NCBI GenBank assembly: GCA_963820525.1
Contig: CAWGAA010000001.1
Coordinates: 608,001 to 672,000 of the forward strand
Direction: 5' to 3'
From: an uncultured Spirochaetota bacterium
GTDB lineage: Bacteria; Spirochaetota; Spirochaetia; SZUA-6; Fen-1364
DNA: 64,000 bases
Shown piece after piece: positions 20,655 through 31,141 of the stretch. Positions within the stretch are counted from its first letter, which is position 1. Each line of letters begins with the position of its first letter. The position numbers were made by a program, and so were the translations under genes. The notes beneath the pieces were generated by a model. It did no database searches and was not told the origin of the DNA. It saw only the letters and a list, made by a program, of their open reading frames with translations.

Positions 20655-21533
20655 TCAACCACGGGGATGCTTCTCCTCGTGAAGCCTGCGAAGCGCCTCC
20701 TGGCTCACGTGCGTGTAGATCTGCGTCGTAGCGATATCGGCATGCCCGAGAAGCTCCTGCACCGATCGCAGGTCCGCCCCGCCCGCCAAGAGGTGCGTGG
20801 CGAAGGAGTGGCGCAGGGTATGGACCTTGCTCTGCAGGCCCGCCTTGAGCGCCAGCTTCTTGAAGCTCTTCCACAGGCCCTTGCGCGTGAGCTTTTTCCC
20901 TCCCCGGCCGAGAAACACGTGATTGTCGGGCTTGCGGCCGCGAAGGAGCGAAGGCCGCGCCTCCGCCAGGTAGCGGGTGAGCTGGCATTTCGCCCGCTCG
21001 CCCACCGGGACGAGCCTCTCCCGCAATCCCTTTCCCATGACGCGGACGATCCCCTCGGAAAGGGAGATCTGATCGAGGGTCAGGTCAACAGCCTCGCTCG
21101 CGCGAAGCCCCGAGGAGTAGATCAGCTCGAACAGCGCGAGGTCTCTCATGCCCAGCGTTCCGCCCGCGTCGCTTGCGGCGAGCAGGCGGTCCACCTCCTC
21201 CGTCTCCAGAAAACGCGGGATGCGGCGCGGAAGACGGGGGCTCTCCACCAGACGCGCCGGGTTGGACGGTGCGGTCCCTTCCAGCACGAGGAAACGGAAA
21301 AGGGCGCGCACGGCGGAGAGGGACTTGGCCACGGTGCGCGCGTCGGCGCCGTCGAGCTGGCGCTTGACGATGTAGCCGATCACGTCCCCCGGAGCCGCCT
21401 CGGCGGGAGTCTTTCCCTCGGCGGTGAGAAAGGCAAGGAACGCGCGCGCCTCGGCCGCGTAAGCCGCCACCGTGTTCCGCGACAGGGCCAGCTCGGCTAC
21501 CAGGTAGTCGGCGAAACCGCTCGCCGCATCCAT
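20655..21533 (-). CDS. xerD: Tyrosine recombinase XerD-like
   Basis: [61 protein letters not shown]. Confidence 0.88.
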   Translation of the reverse strand: MDAASGFADYLVAELALSRNTVAAYAAEARAFLAFLTAEGKTPAEAAPGDVIGYIVKRQLDGADARTVAKSLSAVRALFRFLVLEGTAPSNPARLVESPRLPRRIPRFLETEEVDRLLAASDAGGTLGMRDLALFELIYSSGLRASEAVDLTLDQISLSEGIVRVMGKGLRERLVPVGERAKCQLTRYLAEARPSLLRGRKPDNHVFLGRGGKKLTRKGLWKSFKKLALKAGLQSKVHTLRHSFATHLLAGGADLRSVQELLGHADIATTQIYTHVSQEALRRLHEEKHPRG

Positions 21534-21539
21534 TTCGCT

Positions 21540-22697
21540 CTACTCCCTTTGTCCCGCGGGCCGCTTCTCGCGAAGGACCGTGGGCACGCTCAGGTCGGCC
21601 TCCCGCGAGTTCCTCCCCATGAGGAAGTCCTCGTGCTGCTTGCGGGAGCCGGACTTGCTCATGGCGGCCCACTCCTCGTAGGGGATGATCTCGGCCTGCG
21701 GCTTTTCCGGCTCCACGATGGAGAGGCCCGGCTTCTCGACGGTGAAGCCCGTGGCGATCACGGTCACCTTGATCTTGTCGTTCATCGATTCGACGATGGA
21801 GGTGCCCGAGATGATCAGGGCGTCGTCGTCGGCGTTCGCCGTGATGATCTTCAGCACCTCCTCGTATTCGGAGAGGCACAGGTCGAACCCGCCCGTCACG
21901 TTGACCAGGATCCCCTTGGCCCCCTCCACGCGCGCGTCCTCCAGGAGCGGGTTGTTGATGGAGTTGGTTGCTGCGTCGATGGCGCGGTTTTCGCCGCTTC
22001 CCATGCCGATGCCCATCAGGGCGTCGCCCTTCCCCTTCATGATCGTGCGCACGTCTGCGAAGTCGATGTTGATCTCCCCGGGCTCCGTTATCAGGTCCGA
22101 GATCCCCTGCACGCCCTGGCGCAGAACGTCGTCCGCCATGAAGAACGCCTCCCGGATGGGGGTGCGCTTCTCCGCGATCTTCAATAGATGTTGGTTGGGA
22201 ATGGTGATCAGGGTGTCCACTTCCTGGCGCAGCTTCGTGATGCCTTCCTCGGCCAGCTGCATCTTTCTCTTGCCCTCGAAGTCGAAGGGCTTGGTCACCA
22301 CGGCCACGGTGAGCGCGCCCAGCTGTCGGGCGACGTGGGCCACCACGGGCGCCCCTCCGGTGCCCGTTCCGCCGCCCATGCCGGCCGTGATGAAGACCAT
22401 GTCGGCTCCGCGTAGAAGCGTGGTGAGGCCGTCCTGGTCCTCCAGGGCCGCCTTCTCCCCAACCTCGGGGATTCCCCCCGCCCCCAGCCCGCCCGTGAGC
22501 TTCGTGCCGATCGCGAAGCGGGTCTCCGCGTTGGAGGTATGAAGCGCCTGCTGGTCCGTGTTGACCGCCACGAAGGAGACGTTCTTCAGCCCCATGGAGA
22601 TCATGCGGTTTACCGCGTTGCTTCCCCCGCCGCCGACCCCGACTACCTTGATGAGCGTAGGACTGATTCCGTTTGAATCGAAAAGCTCGATATTCAT
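21540..22697 (-). CDS. ftsZ: Cell division protein FtsZ
   Basis: [31 protein letters not shown]-terminal DLSVPTVLR; start placed at ATG 22697 after a GGAGG SD. Confidence 0.98.
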   Translation of the reverse strand: MNIELFDSNGISPTLIKVVGVGGGGSNAVNRMISMGLKNVSFVAVNTDQQALHTSNAETRFAIGTKLTGGLGAGGIPEVGEKAALEDQDGLTTLLRGADMVFITAGMGGGTGTGGAPVVAHVARQLGALTVAVVTKPFDFEGKRKMQLAEEGITKLRQEVDTLITIPNQHLLKIAEKRTPIREAFFMADDVLRQGVQGISDLITEPGEINIDFADVRTIMKGKGDALMGIGMGSGENRAIDAATNSINNPLLEDARVEGAKGILVNVTGGFDLCLSEYEEVLKIITANADDDALIISGTSIVESMNDKIKVTVIATGFTVEKPGLSIVEPEKPQAEIIPYEEWAAMSKSGSRKQHEDFLMGRNSREADLSVPTVLREKRPAGQRE

Positions 22698-22786
22698 GCC
22701 CCCTCCCCTCATGAATAATACTCCGACAACCCTTTAGCCGGCGCGCCGCGCGCCTCTTTCAAGCGTCCGCTCGCGCGCGTTCCATC

Positions 22787-24022
22787 TCAGAAGAAGTCCT
22801 TGAGCCACTTCCTCATCCTGTCCCAGACGCTGGTGAAGGTTCCTTCGCTCGTGCTCATATCGATGGTCTCACCGCCCTGCTGGGACGCGCCGTACATCAC
22901 AAGCCCCACGCCCGTGGCGTACATCGGATGGTGGAACTCCTCCACCAGGCCCCCCAGCTTCACCGGGTAGCCGATGCGGGCGGGAAGCCCGAAGATCTCG
23001 GAGGCGAGCTCCCCCGTGCCGTCCAGGAGCGACCCGCCGCCGGTGAGCACGACCCCTCCCCCAAGGAGGTGGAGGTAGCCCTTCTTCTCGATCTGCTCCT
23101 TCACCATCCCGAAGATCTCCGCCATGCGGGGCTGGATGATCTCGGCGATGCGCCGCCTGTCGATCCTGCGGGGAGGCCGCCCTCCCACTCCGGGAATGGA
23201 GACCTCCTCGTCATCGATCACGGCGTCGGCGTAGCAGCAGCCGTGATCCTTCTTGATCTTCTCCGCCACCTCGAGCGGGGTTTTGAGCATTATCGATAGG
23301 TCGCTGGTGACCTGCTCGCCCCCGATGGACAGCACCTCGGTGTGGTACGGGGCGCCCTCGATATGCACCAGAACGTCCGTGGTCCCGCCCCCCAGGTCTA
23401 TCAGGAGCACACCCAGCTCCCTCTCGTCCGCGGTGAGAACTGCCTTGGACGAGGCCAGGGGCTCGAGGATGATGTCGTTCACCTTGAAGCCGGCGCGGTT
23501 GACGCATTTGACGATGTTCTGCGCCGAGGTCACGGCGCCCGTGATGATGTGCGCTTCGGCTTCCAGGCGCACGCCGACCATTCCGACGGGATTCCTGATC
23601 CCCCCCTGCTGGTCGACGATGAACTCCTGGGGGATCACGTGGAGCACCTCGCGGTCCATGGGGATCACGATGGCCTTGGCCGCGTCGATCACCCGGTCCA
23701 CGTCCTCCTTGGTGATCTCCCGGTCCTTGCCCGTCACGGCCACCACTCCGCGCGAGTTGATCCCCTCGATGTGTCCGCCCGCGATGCCCGTGTAGACGCC
23801 GTGGACCTCGCGGCCCGACATGAGCTCGGCGCTCTCCACGGCGTTCTGGATGGACTTCACCGTGCTCTCGATGTTGATGACGACCCCGCGCCGCAGGCCG
23901 CGCGACGGGCTGGAGCCCACCCCGATGATCTCGAGGCCTCCCGTCTCGTTGAACGCGCCCACGATGGCGCAGACCTTCGTTGTCCCGATATCCAAGCCGA
24001 CGATCAGATCCTCGCCCGCCAT
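22787..24022 (-). CDS. ftsA: Cell division protein FtsA
   Basis: VGLDIGTTKV, IDLGGGTTD, VLTGGGS, C-terminal amphipathic WLKDFF. Confidence 0.98.
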   Translation of the reverse strand: MAGEDLIVGLDIGTTKVCAIVGAFNETGGLEIIGVGSSPSRGLRRGVVINIESTVKSIQNAVESAELMSGREVHGVYTGIAGGHIEGINSRGVVAVTGKDREITKEDVDRVIDAAKAIVIPMDREVLHVIPQEFIVDQQGGIRNPVGMVGVRLEAEAHIITGAVTSAQNIVKCVNRAGFKVNDIILEPLASSKAVLTADERELGVLLIDLGGGTTDVLVHIEGAPYHTEVLSIGGEQVTSDLSIMLKTPLEVAEKIKKDHGCCYADAVIDDEEVSIPGVGGRPPRRIDRRRIAEIIQPRMAEIFGMVKEQIEKKGYLHLLGGGVVLTGGGSLLDGTGELASEIFGLPARIGYPVKLGGLVEEFHHPMYATGVGLVMYGASQQGGETIDMSTSEGTFTSVWDRMRKWLKDFF

Positions 24023-24025
24023 CGG

Positions 24026-24895
24026 CTATCCCTCCTTCATCCTGTACACGGCGTCTCCGCTTCGAACGTCGAGCTCCTGAATATCCCTCAAAAGACCTTG
24101 ATTGGACAAGAGGTCGAGAACCATGAGGGAGGACTTCAGGAGGGCCTCGTCGATCGGGCCGCGGGCCCTGATGGGAACCGGGGAAGACAGGAGATAGAGC
24201 AGGAGCTCGGGAGCGGCGCTGGACGCCGGCCGGACATCCGACGATGAGGCGACCCGGCCCGCCGCCGCAGAAGAAGAGCTCCCGCTCATTGAAACCAGGT
24301 GAACCTCGGAGATGAGGCGGTACAGGGAGGGAGAGCGGGACCGCAAGGAGGCGAGATCCGAGAAAACAGAGCGGTACGCCTGCGGGAGCGCCGAGCCCAT
24401 CGCCGCCTCCCCGGCCGCCAGCCCCGAGATCACGGGCAGGTCGACCTCCGCCGCCGTCGCCCCCAGCTTGAAGATGACCCCGTCCCGGTCCACGAGGGCC
24501 GGGACGGTCTTCTCTCCCGCCTGGCCGAGAACCAGCGCCACCGCCTGCCGGCGCACCAGAACGATTCGCAGGGTGTCGGGGTAGAGCTTCTCGACCCTGG
24601 CCTTTCGGATCAGCGGGTTGGCCTCCAGCCTGTTCTGGATGGAGAGGGTCTTTAGGGAGTAGAACGACTCGGAGCCCTGGAGCCCGGACAAGCTCAGCAC
24701 CTCGCGCTCCGACAACGGTGCGTCGCTTTCCACGATCACGTGCCTGATAGCCGTGAAGGGAAGAAGCAGGAACCGCGCCGCAAGGTACAGCACGAGGCCG
24801 GCCGTGATGATGATGGCTCCCATGGTGATGATTCGGCCCAGAAGGAGATCCTCCTTCTCCGTATTCCTCTGCCTCAAGGTGAAAACGTTAGACAT
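24026..24895 (-). CDS. ftsQ: Cell division protein FtsQ/DivIB
   Basis: TM plus POTRA domain (LEANPLIRKARVEKLYPDTL) and C-terminal ELDVR; between ftsW and ftsA; start ATG 24895 after AGGAGG. Confidence 0.85.
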   Translation of the reverse strand: MSNVFTLRQRNTEKEDLLLGRIITMGAIIITAGLVLYLAARFLLLPFTAIRHVIVESDAPLSEREVLSLSGLQGSESFYSLKTLSIQNRLEANPLIRKARVEKLYPDTLRIVLVRRQAVALVLGQAGEKTVPALVDRDGVIFKLGATAAEVDLPVISGLAAGEAAMGSALPQAYRSVFSDLASLRSRSPSLYRLISEVHLVSMSGSSSSAAAGRVASSSDVRPASSAAPELLLYLLSSPVPIRARGPIDEALLKSSLMVLDLLSNQGLLRDIQELDVRSGDAVYRMKEG

Positions 24896-26060
24896 CGCTG
24901 CGCCTCCCGGCGGCCCGGCCGTCGTATCCTTCGGCATCCCCGCCGGCCCACCGGTCCCGGGCCGCGCCCGGGCGGCTGCGCGATACGTTCGCCAGCATCC
25001 CGCACATGGCGAGCGTCACGGCCAGGGAGGAGCCGCCTGCCGAGAAAAAGGGGAGAGTGATCCCCGTCGTGGGCACCAGTCCCACGGTGACCGTCATGTT
25101 GAGGAGCGCTTGAAGGGCAATCGTCGTGGTGATCCCGAAGGCGAGGTACCTTCCGAACGGCTCCTCGGCGCGCGCGGCGATCCGGTACCCCCTCCACGCC
25201 AGAGCCGCGAAAAGCCCGAGCACGAAGAGCGCCCCGACGAGGCCCATCTCCTCGCCAATGATCGAGTAGATGAAGTCGGAGTGAGCCATGGGCAGGGGCC
25301 CCAGCTTGGCGGCGCTGCGCCCCAGGCCCTTTCCCCAGAATCCCCCGGCCACGAAGGCGGACTGCGAGTTGGCGATCTGGTACGCGTTTCCGGCCGGGTC
25401 CGCCGAAAGACCAATGAAAGCGAGGAGGCGCCGGACGCGGTGCTCTTTGGTGAAGAGCAGGAAGAAGCTCACCGGAAACGCGAAGAGGCTGAGAAGGAAG
25501 AAGTGGAGCAGGCTCACCCGCGCGATGAAGAGCATGGCCAGCCCGATCCCCAGCACGAACACCGCGGTGGAGTAGTCGTTTTGAAGATAGATGATCGCGG
25601 CGAAAAGGGCCGTCACGATAAAAGGCGGTATCAGCTCGTTGATCGTCCTCCCCCTGTCCTCCTTCGAGAAGTACGATGAGAGATACAGCACCAGGGTGAG
25701 CTTCATGGGCTCCGAGGGCTGGATGGACAGGCCGAATACCGAGATCCAGCGCCGCGAACCCAGCACCTGGATGCCCAGAGCCGGCACGAAAGGCAGAAGG
25801 GATGCAACGAGGGTGGCGAAGAGGATCAGGGGCATCGCCTTTCGGAAGATCGCCAGGGGAGTCACGGAGAGCGCGATCGCGGCGGCGGTTCCCGCCGCCA
25901 TGTAGATGAGCTGCCTTTTCACCATGAAAAAGGGATCGTGGTAGGCCCGGGCGGCGAAATCGGAAGAGCCGGAGAAAAGAAGGCTGATCCCGACCCCGGC
26001 GAGGAGCACGAGCAGGAAGACCAGGATGAAATCGCCGTGCTCTTTCTCTACCCGTTCCAC
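24888..26060 (-). CDS. ftsW: SEDS peptidoglycan glycosyltransferase FtsW
   Basis: RRWI, IQPSE, AHSDFIYS, PTTGITLPFFSAGGSS. Confidence 0.95.
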   Translation of the reverse strand: MERVEKEHGDFILVFLLVLLAGVGISLLFSGSSDFAARAYHDPFFMVKRQLIYMAAGTAAAIALSVTPLAIFRKAMPLILFATLVASLLPFVPALGIQVLGSRRWISVFGLSIQPSEPMKLTLVLYLSSYFSKEDRGRTINELIPPFIVTALFAAIIYLQNDYSTAVFVLGIGLAMLFIARVSLLHFFLLSLFAFPVSFFLLFTKEHRVRRLLAFIGLSADPAGNAYQIANSQSAFVAGGFWGKGLGRSAAKLGPLPMAHSDFIYSIIGEEMGLVGALFVLGLFAALAWRGYRIAARAEEPFGRYLAFGITTTIALQALLNMTVTVGLVPTTGITLPFFSAGGSSLAVTLAMCGMLANVSRSRPGAARDRWAGGDAEGYDGRAAGRRSDV

Positions 26061-26074
26061 AGCATCCCCTCTCG

Positions 26075-27155
26075 CTACTGGATCTTAAGCGTCGAGAGCC
26101 CCAGGATGGCGAACAGCCCCCCGAGGATCCACAACCGGGCCACCACCTTGCTCTCCGCCCACCCCGAGAGCTCGAAGTGGTGGTGCAGGGGCGCCATCTT
26201 GAACACGCGTCTGCCCGTGAGCTTGAAAGAGATCACCTGGATGACAACCGAGACGAGCTCCAGGACGAACACCCCCCCGAGGACCAGGAGGAGGCACCTC
26301 CTTCTTCAATATCAGCGCCACGGTGCCGAACACGCCGCCGAGGGTGAGGCTGCCCGTGTCTCCCATGAAGACCTCGGCGGGGTGCGCATTGAACCAGAGA
26401 AAGCCGACTGCGGCCCCCACCACCGCGAGGCAGAACACGGCGATCTCCCCGCCGCCCTTGACGAAGGGGATCTGCAGATATTCGGCCCAGTCAACGCGGC
26501 CCGTGATGTAGGCGATCACGGCCAGGGAGAGCCCCACCATGATCGCCAGGCCGATGGCCAGCCCGTCCAGGCCGTCGGTGATGTTCACGGCGTTGCAGTA
26601 TCCCACCATCAGGATCACCGCGAAGGGGATGTAGACCCAGGAGAGGTCGAGCACGGGGCGCTTGAAGAAGGGAATGTACAGCAGGGTCGTGTCCGGCCCC
26701 CGGGTGAGGTACAGGGCCGCCACGATGACGGCTGAGACCAGGATCTGCCCGCCGAACTTCACCCCCGCGCTGATCCCCCTCTTTCGCTTGGAGATCTTCA
26801 GCATGTCGTCGGTGAAGCCGATGCCGCCGAACCCGACAATGGCGAAGAGCAAGAGCCACGTGGAGATGATCGACAGGTCCTGCCACAAAAGGATCGAGAC
26901 GGAGACTGCCAGCACGATGAGCACTCCGCCCATGGTCGGCGTGCCCGTCTTGGCCTGGTGGCTCCGGGGGGTGTCCTCTCTCACCGAGCCGCCGCCCGAT
27001 TTGATCGCGCGCAGCTTCCTGATCACCCAGGGGCCCAGGAGAAACGCGAGCAGCAGGGCGGTGACCGCGGCATAGGCGGCGCGGAACGTGATGTACTGGA
27101 ATATCCTCAAATACGAGATGTACTTGACGAGCGGAAACAGAATCTTCAGGAGCAT
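26075..27155 (-). CDS. mraY: Phospho-N-acetylmuramoyl-pentapeptide transferase MraY (frameshifted near 26294)
   Basis: [23 protein letters not shown] and VFMGDTGS lie in one frame; [13 protein letters not shown]-terminus lies in another. One extra C after GAG GTG. Confidence 0.95.
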
Positions 27156-28597
27156 GATGCCTCCCCACCCACGGGCCGCGGCTCTCTTTCGGCGGCCTGG
27201 ATCTCGGGGAGGAGCCTCTCAAGCTCCGTGCCCCGGGAGCCCTTGACCAGAATGAGGTCGCCCGCGCGGGCCAGGGCGCGCGCTTCTTTTGCCAGGACGG
27301 CGTAATCCGCGGTCCAGGCGGAACGGCCGGCGAGCGGGGATCCCTCGATCTCCCGCCATGCCTCACCCATCTCATCGCCGAAGAGCAGAAGCCCGTCCAG
27401 CGAAGAGGCGGCAAGCATGCGCCCGAGGGCGCGGTGAGATTCCGCGCTCTCGGCTCCCAGTTCGCGCATGGCCCCCAGGACCGCCAGCTTTCTTCCGGTC
27501 CAGGGAAGCGTCTGGATGAAGGAGAGGGCGCGCTCCATTGAGTCGGGGTTTGCGTTGTAGCAGTCGAGCACGACAGTGACGGGCCCCCGGATGATCTGGG
27601 AGCGGCCGAACAGCGGCGCGACGGCCTCCAGGCCGTCGCGCACTTCAGCCGGCGCCGCGCCCAGCTCGATCGCCATGGCTATCGCCCCCAGGGCGTTGGC
27701 CAGATTATGGGGGCCAAAGAGCGGGAAGCGGATCCGGAACCCCTCCCAGTGGATGAGCGTGCCATCCAGTCCCAGGCTCTCGCTTCCCCGGTATCCCCGC
27801 GTGCTCCTTGGCCCGTAATAGACGATCTTCCCGTTCACTCCCGACGAGAGCAGGAGCCCGAAGGGCTCGTCCTCGCCGAGAAGCCCGGTCTGTGTGCCGG
27901 TAAAACGCGAGAAAATCTTCTTTTTTTCTAAAGCGATATGCTCTTTCGAGCCGAGAAGACCGATATGGGCGGTCCCGACGTTCGTTATGAGGGCAAGGTC
28001 GGGACGAACGATATCGGCCAGGACGTCCATCTCCCCGTGACGGTTCATGCCCATCTCGAAGACCGCATAACGGTGCGTCGGCGCCACGGAGAAGCACGAG
28101 ACGGGCAGCCCGATCTCGGAATTGAGGTTTCCCTCGTTCACCGCCGTGGCGGATCCGATGGAAAGGATCGCGCCGATGATCTCCTTGGTTGTGGTCTTTC
28201 CATTGGATCCCGTCACCCCCAGCCGCGTGACGGCGGCACAACGGCGCATGTGGAAACGGGCCAGATCCTGGAGGCCCGCCAGGGTGTCATCGACGGCAAT
28301 CGCGGCTATCCCATGAGAAGCAGCCGCTTTTCGAAGCGTGCCTTCCATGAGGCGCGACTTCGCCCGACTCACCAGGATCGCAGCGGCCCCCCGCTCCGCC
28401 GCCTGGCCGACATGCTCGTGGCCGTCTGTGCGCTCGCCCGCCAGGGCCACGAAAAGGGCATCCGGGGTCGTCGTCCTCGAGTCGATGGAGACCGAGCGGA
28501 CGGTCCGCGAGCTTCCGGCCGGGAAAAGAAGAGAACCGCTCACAGCGGAGAGGATATCGTCGATGCCGAGGAGCGCGGCGCCCGCCTGGACGTTCAT
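27146..28597 (-). CDS. murF: UDP-MurNAc-tripeptide--D-Ala-D-Ala ligase MurF
   Basis: VTGSNGKTTTKE, EMGMNRHGE, DCYNANPDS, LVKGSRG. Confidence 0.97.
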   Translation of the reverse strand: MNVQAGAALLGIDDILSAVSGSLLFPAGSSRTVRSVSIDSRTTTPDALFVALAGERTDGHEHVGQAAERGAAAILVSRAKSRLMEGTLRKAAASHGIAAIAVDDTLAGLQDLARFHMRRCAAVTRLGVTGSNGKTTTKEIIGAILSIGSATAVNEGNLNSEIGLPVSCFSVAPTHRYAVFEMGMNRHGEMDVLADIVRPDLALITNVGTAHIGLLGSKEHIALEKKKIFSRFTGTQTGLLGEDEPFGLLLSSGVNGKIVYYGPRSTRGYRGSESLGLDGTLIHWEGFRIRFPLFGPHNLANALGAIAMAIELGAAPAEVRDGLEAVAPLFGRSQIIRGPVTVVLDCYNANPDSMERALSFIQTLPWTGRKLAVLGAMRELGAESAESHRALGRMLAASSLDGLLLFGDEMGEAWREIEGSPLAGRSAWTADYAVLAKEARALARAGDLILVKGSRGTELERLLPEIQAAEREPRPVGGEASCS

Positions 28598-28878
28598 TGA
28601 GGCTGGACCCCCTCGCGGGCGATGACCACCCGCGTGACCCTCGATGGGTCCACGGTGGAGAGATGCAGCAGAACGGCCCGCTCCTCCACTCTCTGGGGAG
28701 ACTGCTCGTAGGCGATGCGGGCGATGGCGCCCATATTGCTCTCCAGAAGGTCCTTCTGCCGCTTCTCGAGGGCGGCGACCTCCTCCGAGAGAGCGTGATA
28801 CCGGTAGCCTTGCCAGGCGTTCACGAACAGGAGCGCCGGAACCACGAGCGCCATGGCCAGGGCGAGGATTTTCTTCAT
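28594..28878 (-). CDS. ftsL: Cell division protein FtsL-like
   Basis: 94 aa from ATG 28878 (ATGA overlap with rsmH); TM plus coiled coil and SPQRVEERA; canonical position. Confidence 0.8.
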   Translation of the reverse strand: MKKILALAMALVVPALLFVNAWQGYRYHALSEEVAALEKRQKDLLESNMGAIARIAYEQSPQRVEERAVLLHLSTVDPSRVTRVVIAREGVQPQ

Positions 28879-29816
28879 GCGGCTCCCTTCTCTGCGACGC
28901 GGAGCTTCGCGCTCCGGGAGGCGGGGTTGGCGGAAACCTCCTCCAGTGTGGGACGGACGGGCTTCGGCGTCACGATTCGAAGCTCCGATTTGCCCCCACA
29001 TTGACAGATCGGCCATTCCGGCGGGCAGGTACAGCCCTTCGCCTTGTCGCGGAAGAATCCCTTCACGATCCGGTCCTCGAGGGAATGAAAAGTGATCACC
29101 GCCATGCGGCCTCCGGGCTTCAGCACGGTGAGTGCCGCCGCAAGGCCTCCTTGAAGCTGCTCAAGCTCGCGGTTGACCGCGATGCGCAGGGCCTGGAAGC
29201 TGCGGGTGGCCGGATGGAGCCTGCCGTGCCGCGCCGATGGGGGCACCGCCGCGGCTATTATACGGGCCAGCTCCGCCGCCGTCGTAATCGAGCGGCCCTT
29301 CCGCTCGCGCTCGATCCTGCCGGCGATCTCCCACGCGAAGCGTTCCTCCCCATAGTCCCGGAGGATCCGCGCAAGCTCCTGCCTGTCCGAAGTGTTCACG
29401 ATATCCGCAGCCGTGGAAGGAAGCTCGTCGGAGAGCCTCATGTCAAGGGGCTCGTCGCGGTCGAAGGAGAAGCCCCTGCCGCTCCCCTCATAGTGGTAGC
29501 GGGAGATCCCGAGATCGAACAGAATGAGGTCGGGCATCCGTCCGCCCTGCTTCCGGGCATAGCGGGAGAAGAAGTCCTGAAACCAGGCCTGAACGAGCTC
29601 GATGCGCTCGCCGAAGCGGGAGAGCCGCTCCCGCGCCGTGGCCAGCACCTCGGAGTTGGCGTCCACCCCGATTATGAACAGCTCGGGGTAGCGCTGGAGA
29701 AACGCCTCCGCGTGCCCCCCCTGGCCCAGGGTCGCGTCGACCAGGAGGCCGTCGTTCGCCGGCGGGAGAAGATGGGCGAGGACTTCGACGAGGAGGACCG
29801 GGGTATGGACGATCAC
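28875..29816 (-). CDS. rsmH: 16S rRNA m4C1402 methyltransferase RsmH (MraW)
   Basis: HTPVLL, DATLGQGGH, DLGIS, PLDMR, FQALRIAVN, FHSLEDRIVK. Confidence 0.98.
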   Translation of the reverse strand: MIVHTPVLLVEVLAHLLPPANDGLLVDATLGQGGHAEAFLQRYPELFIIGVDANSEVLATARERLSRFGERIELVQAWFQDFFSRYARKQGGRMPDLILFDLGISRYHYEGSGRGFSFDRDEPLDMRLSDELPSTAADIVNTSDRQELARILRDYGEERFAWEIAGRIERERKGRSITTAAELARIIAAAVPPSARHGRLHPATRSFQALRIAVNRELEQLQGGLAAALTVLKPGGRMAVITFHSLEDRIVKGFFRDKAKGCTCPPEWPICQCGGKSELRIVTPKPVRPTLEEVSANPASRSAKLRVAEKGAA

Positions 29817-30253
29817 AGCGCCACCTTCCCGCCCAGCTCTTCAGCCGCTTCCTTGAACTTGCTCTCGTTTTCCTCGAGGTACGCCAGGTAGGACGCCTCC
29901 GACCAGATCTCGATGTATTTCTTGAGCCCCAAAACGATGCATTCCTTCTTCAGCTCCGCGTACTCGCGGAGGGTTTGGGGAACCATGATCCGTCCCGTTC
30001 TGTCGATCTCGGTTTCCTGTGCCGGGGCGATCATGCGCCGCTGGATGAGGCGCGCCTTTTCCTGGAACAGCGACGTGGAGCCGATGAGGTTCTCGGAGAA
30101 AGTCTTCCACTCCTCGGGAGGGAAGAGCCACAGGCACTTCTCAACTCCCCGTGTAAGGATGATCACGTTTCCGAGGATGTCGGTCCGCATTTTGGAAGGG
30201 ATCAGGAGTCTTCCCTTTTCATCCAGCGAACACCTGAATTCCCCAGTAATCAT
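29813..30253 (-). CDS. mraZ: Transcriptional regulator MraZ
   Basis: Two SpoVT/AbrB repeats (LDEKGRLLIP and IDRTGRIMVP). Confidence 0.97.
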   Translation of the reverse strand: MITGEFRCSLDEKGRLLIPSKMRTDILGNVIILTRGVEKCLWLFPPEEWKTFSENLIGSTSLFQEKARLIQRRMIAPAQETEIDRTGRIMVPQTLREYAELKKECIVLGLKKYIEIWSEASYLAYLEENESKFKEAAEELGGKVAL

Positions 30254-30262
30254 GCCCGGCCT

Positions 30263-30297
30263 ACCACTTTTTGCTATCTCCCCCCACTTTTTCCCAC
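30263..30297 (-). promoter_or_regulatory. MraZ-binding direct repeats
   Basis: On the minus strand, GTGGG (30297-30293), GTGGG (30287-30283), a degenerate ATAGC (30277-30273) and GTGGT (30267-30263) are spaced at 10 nt, between the promoter and the mraZ start. Matches the known GTGG/TGGG repeat MraZ box. Confidence 0.8.
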
Positions 30298-30309
30298 CTC
30301 ACAGGTCAC

Positions 30310-30337
30310 ATACTATCCCAAGAATTTCACTTGTCAA
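30310..30337 (-). promoter_or_regulatory. sigma70 promoter of the dcw-flagellar super-cluster
   Basis: TTGACA (30337-30332), 16 nt, TAGTAT (30315-30310). Confidence 0.7.
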
Positions 30338-30550
30338 CATACATTATGAAGGAAAATATGAAAAAATTATGCTGTTTTTCGAAAAGTAATACACATTTGT
30401 TAGGTACTTTAGAAAAAAATTATCGGAAGCGGCGAGAAGCCGGGAGTCGATGGGGGATGCAAGAGGCGGCGCTCGTCACCGTGCGTTTGACTCAACCGGC
30501 GCGCTTGGGGTATCATTTAGAGAAATCGTAATCACCCGGAGAAAAACCGA

Positions 30551-30832
30551 TTGTCCCTCTATCGAGTGCATTTCAAGTGGAAGGAAAAGGAGATCGAGCT
30601 CATGGCAAAAAGCCTCGACCTCACCCACCCCTATTTCGTGTCGATCAAGAACCTCGTATTTCCGACCGGGCAGAGGCTGGTGATCAACCCGGGCGAGGAG
30701 GAGATCCGCAGGACCTTCGGCGGCTCGGATCATCTCATGATCCCCTTCCAGACCGTGAGCTTGATCGAGGAGCTCCCCGAAGGCCTGGAAAAGAAGGTGA
30801 TGCCATTCCCCCTGGCGGACAAAGGAGAATGA
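30551..30832 (+). CDS. DUF1820-like protein
   Basis: YRVHF...ELMAKSL...FVSIKNLVF...LVINPGEEEIRRTF...IPFQTVSLIEE pattern recognised as DUF1820; upstream TTGACT-18-TATCAT. Confidence 0.7.
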   Translation: MSLYRVHFKWKEKEIELMAKSLDLTHPYFVSIKNLVFPTGQRLVINPGEEEIRRTFGGSDHLMIPFQTVSLIEELPEGLEKKVMPFPLADKGE

Positions 30833-30889
30833 GCTCTTGAGCCTTTTTCAGCTTGAATCGCATCGTGAATTCTTCTATCATTCCGGTGC

Positions 30890-31138
30890 GTGCTTCACTC
30901 GTATATGATCATGTACCCGGAGGGGGACAGCCTGGAGATCGAGCACGGGCTGCGGGTGACCCAGCTCGTGGACCTCAATGGAAATCCGTTGGCGCTTCCC
31001 CTGCCGACCTCGAAAATGATCGTTTACCGCGTCTGGAAGATCTCCACGTTCGTGGAGAAGGGCTCGGAGGAGACGCGCTACCACCTCGAGCTGGTCGGCA
31101 GGCCTGAGCTTGAAGGTCTGGTGGGAAAGGGGAGATAA
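30890..31138 (+). CDS. Hypothetical protein
   Basis: 82-aa ORF with genome-like codon usage, preceded by TTGAAT-17-TATCAT (30853-30881), 3 nt upstream of the STAS gene. Start could be ATG 30905. Confidence 0.7.
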   Translation: MLHSYMIMYPEGDSLEIEHGLRVTQLVDLNGNPLALPLPTSKMIVYRVWKISTFVEKGSEETRYHLELVGRPELEGLVGKGR

Positions 31139-31141
31139 GCG

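Noticed and set aside
15859..21533. Two tyrosine recombinases as a possible integrative element or nearby dif site
   Set aside because: They flank housekeeping topA/dprA in a known spirochaete arrangement; no att repeats, cargo or dif-like 28-mer were seen.
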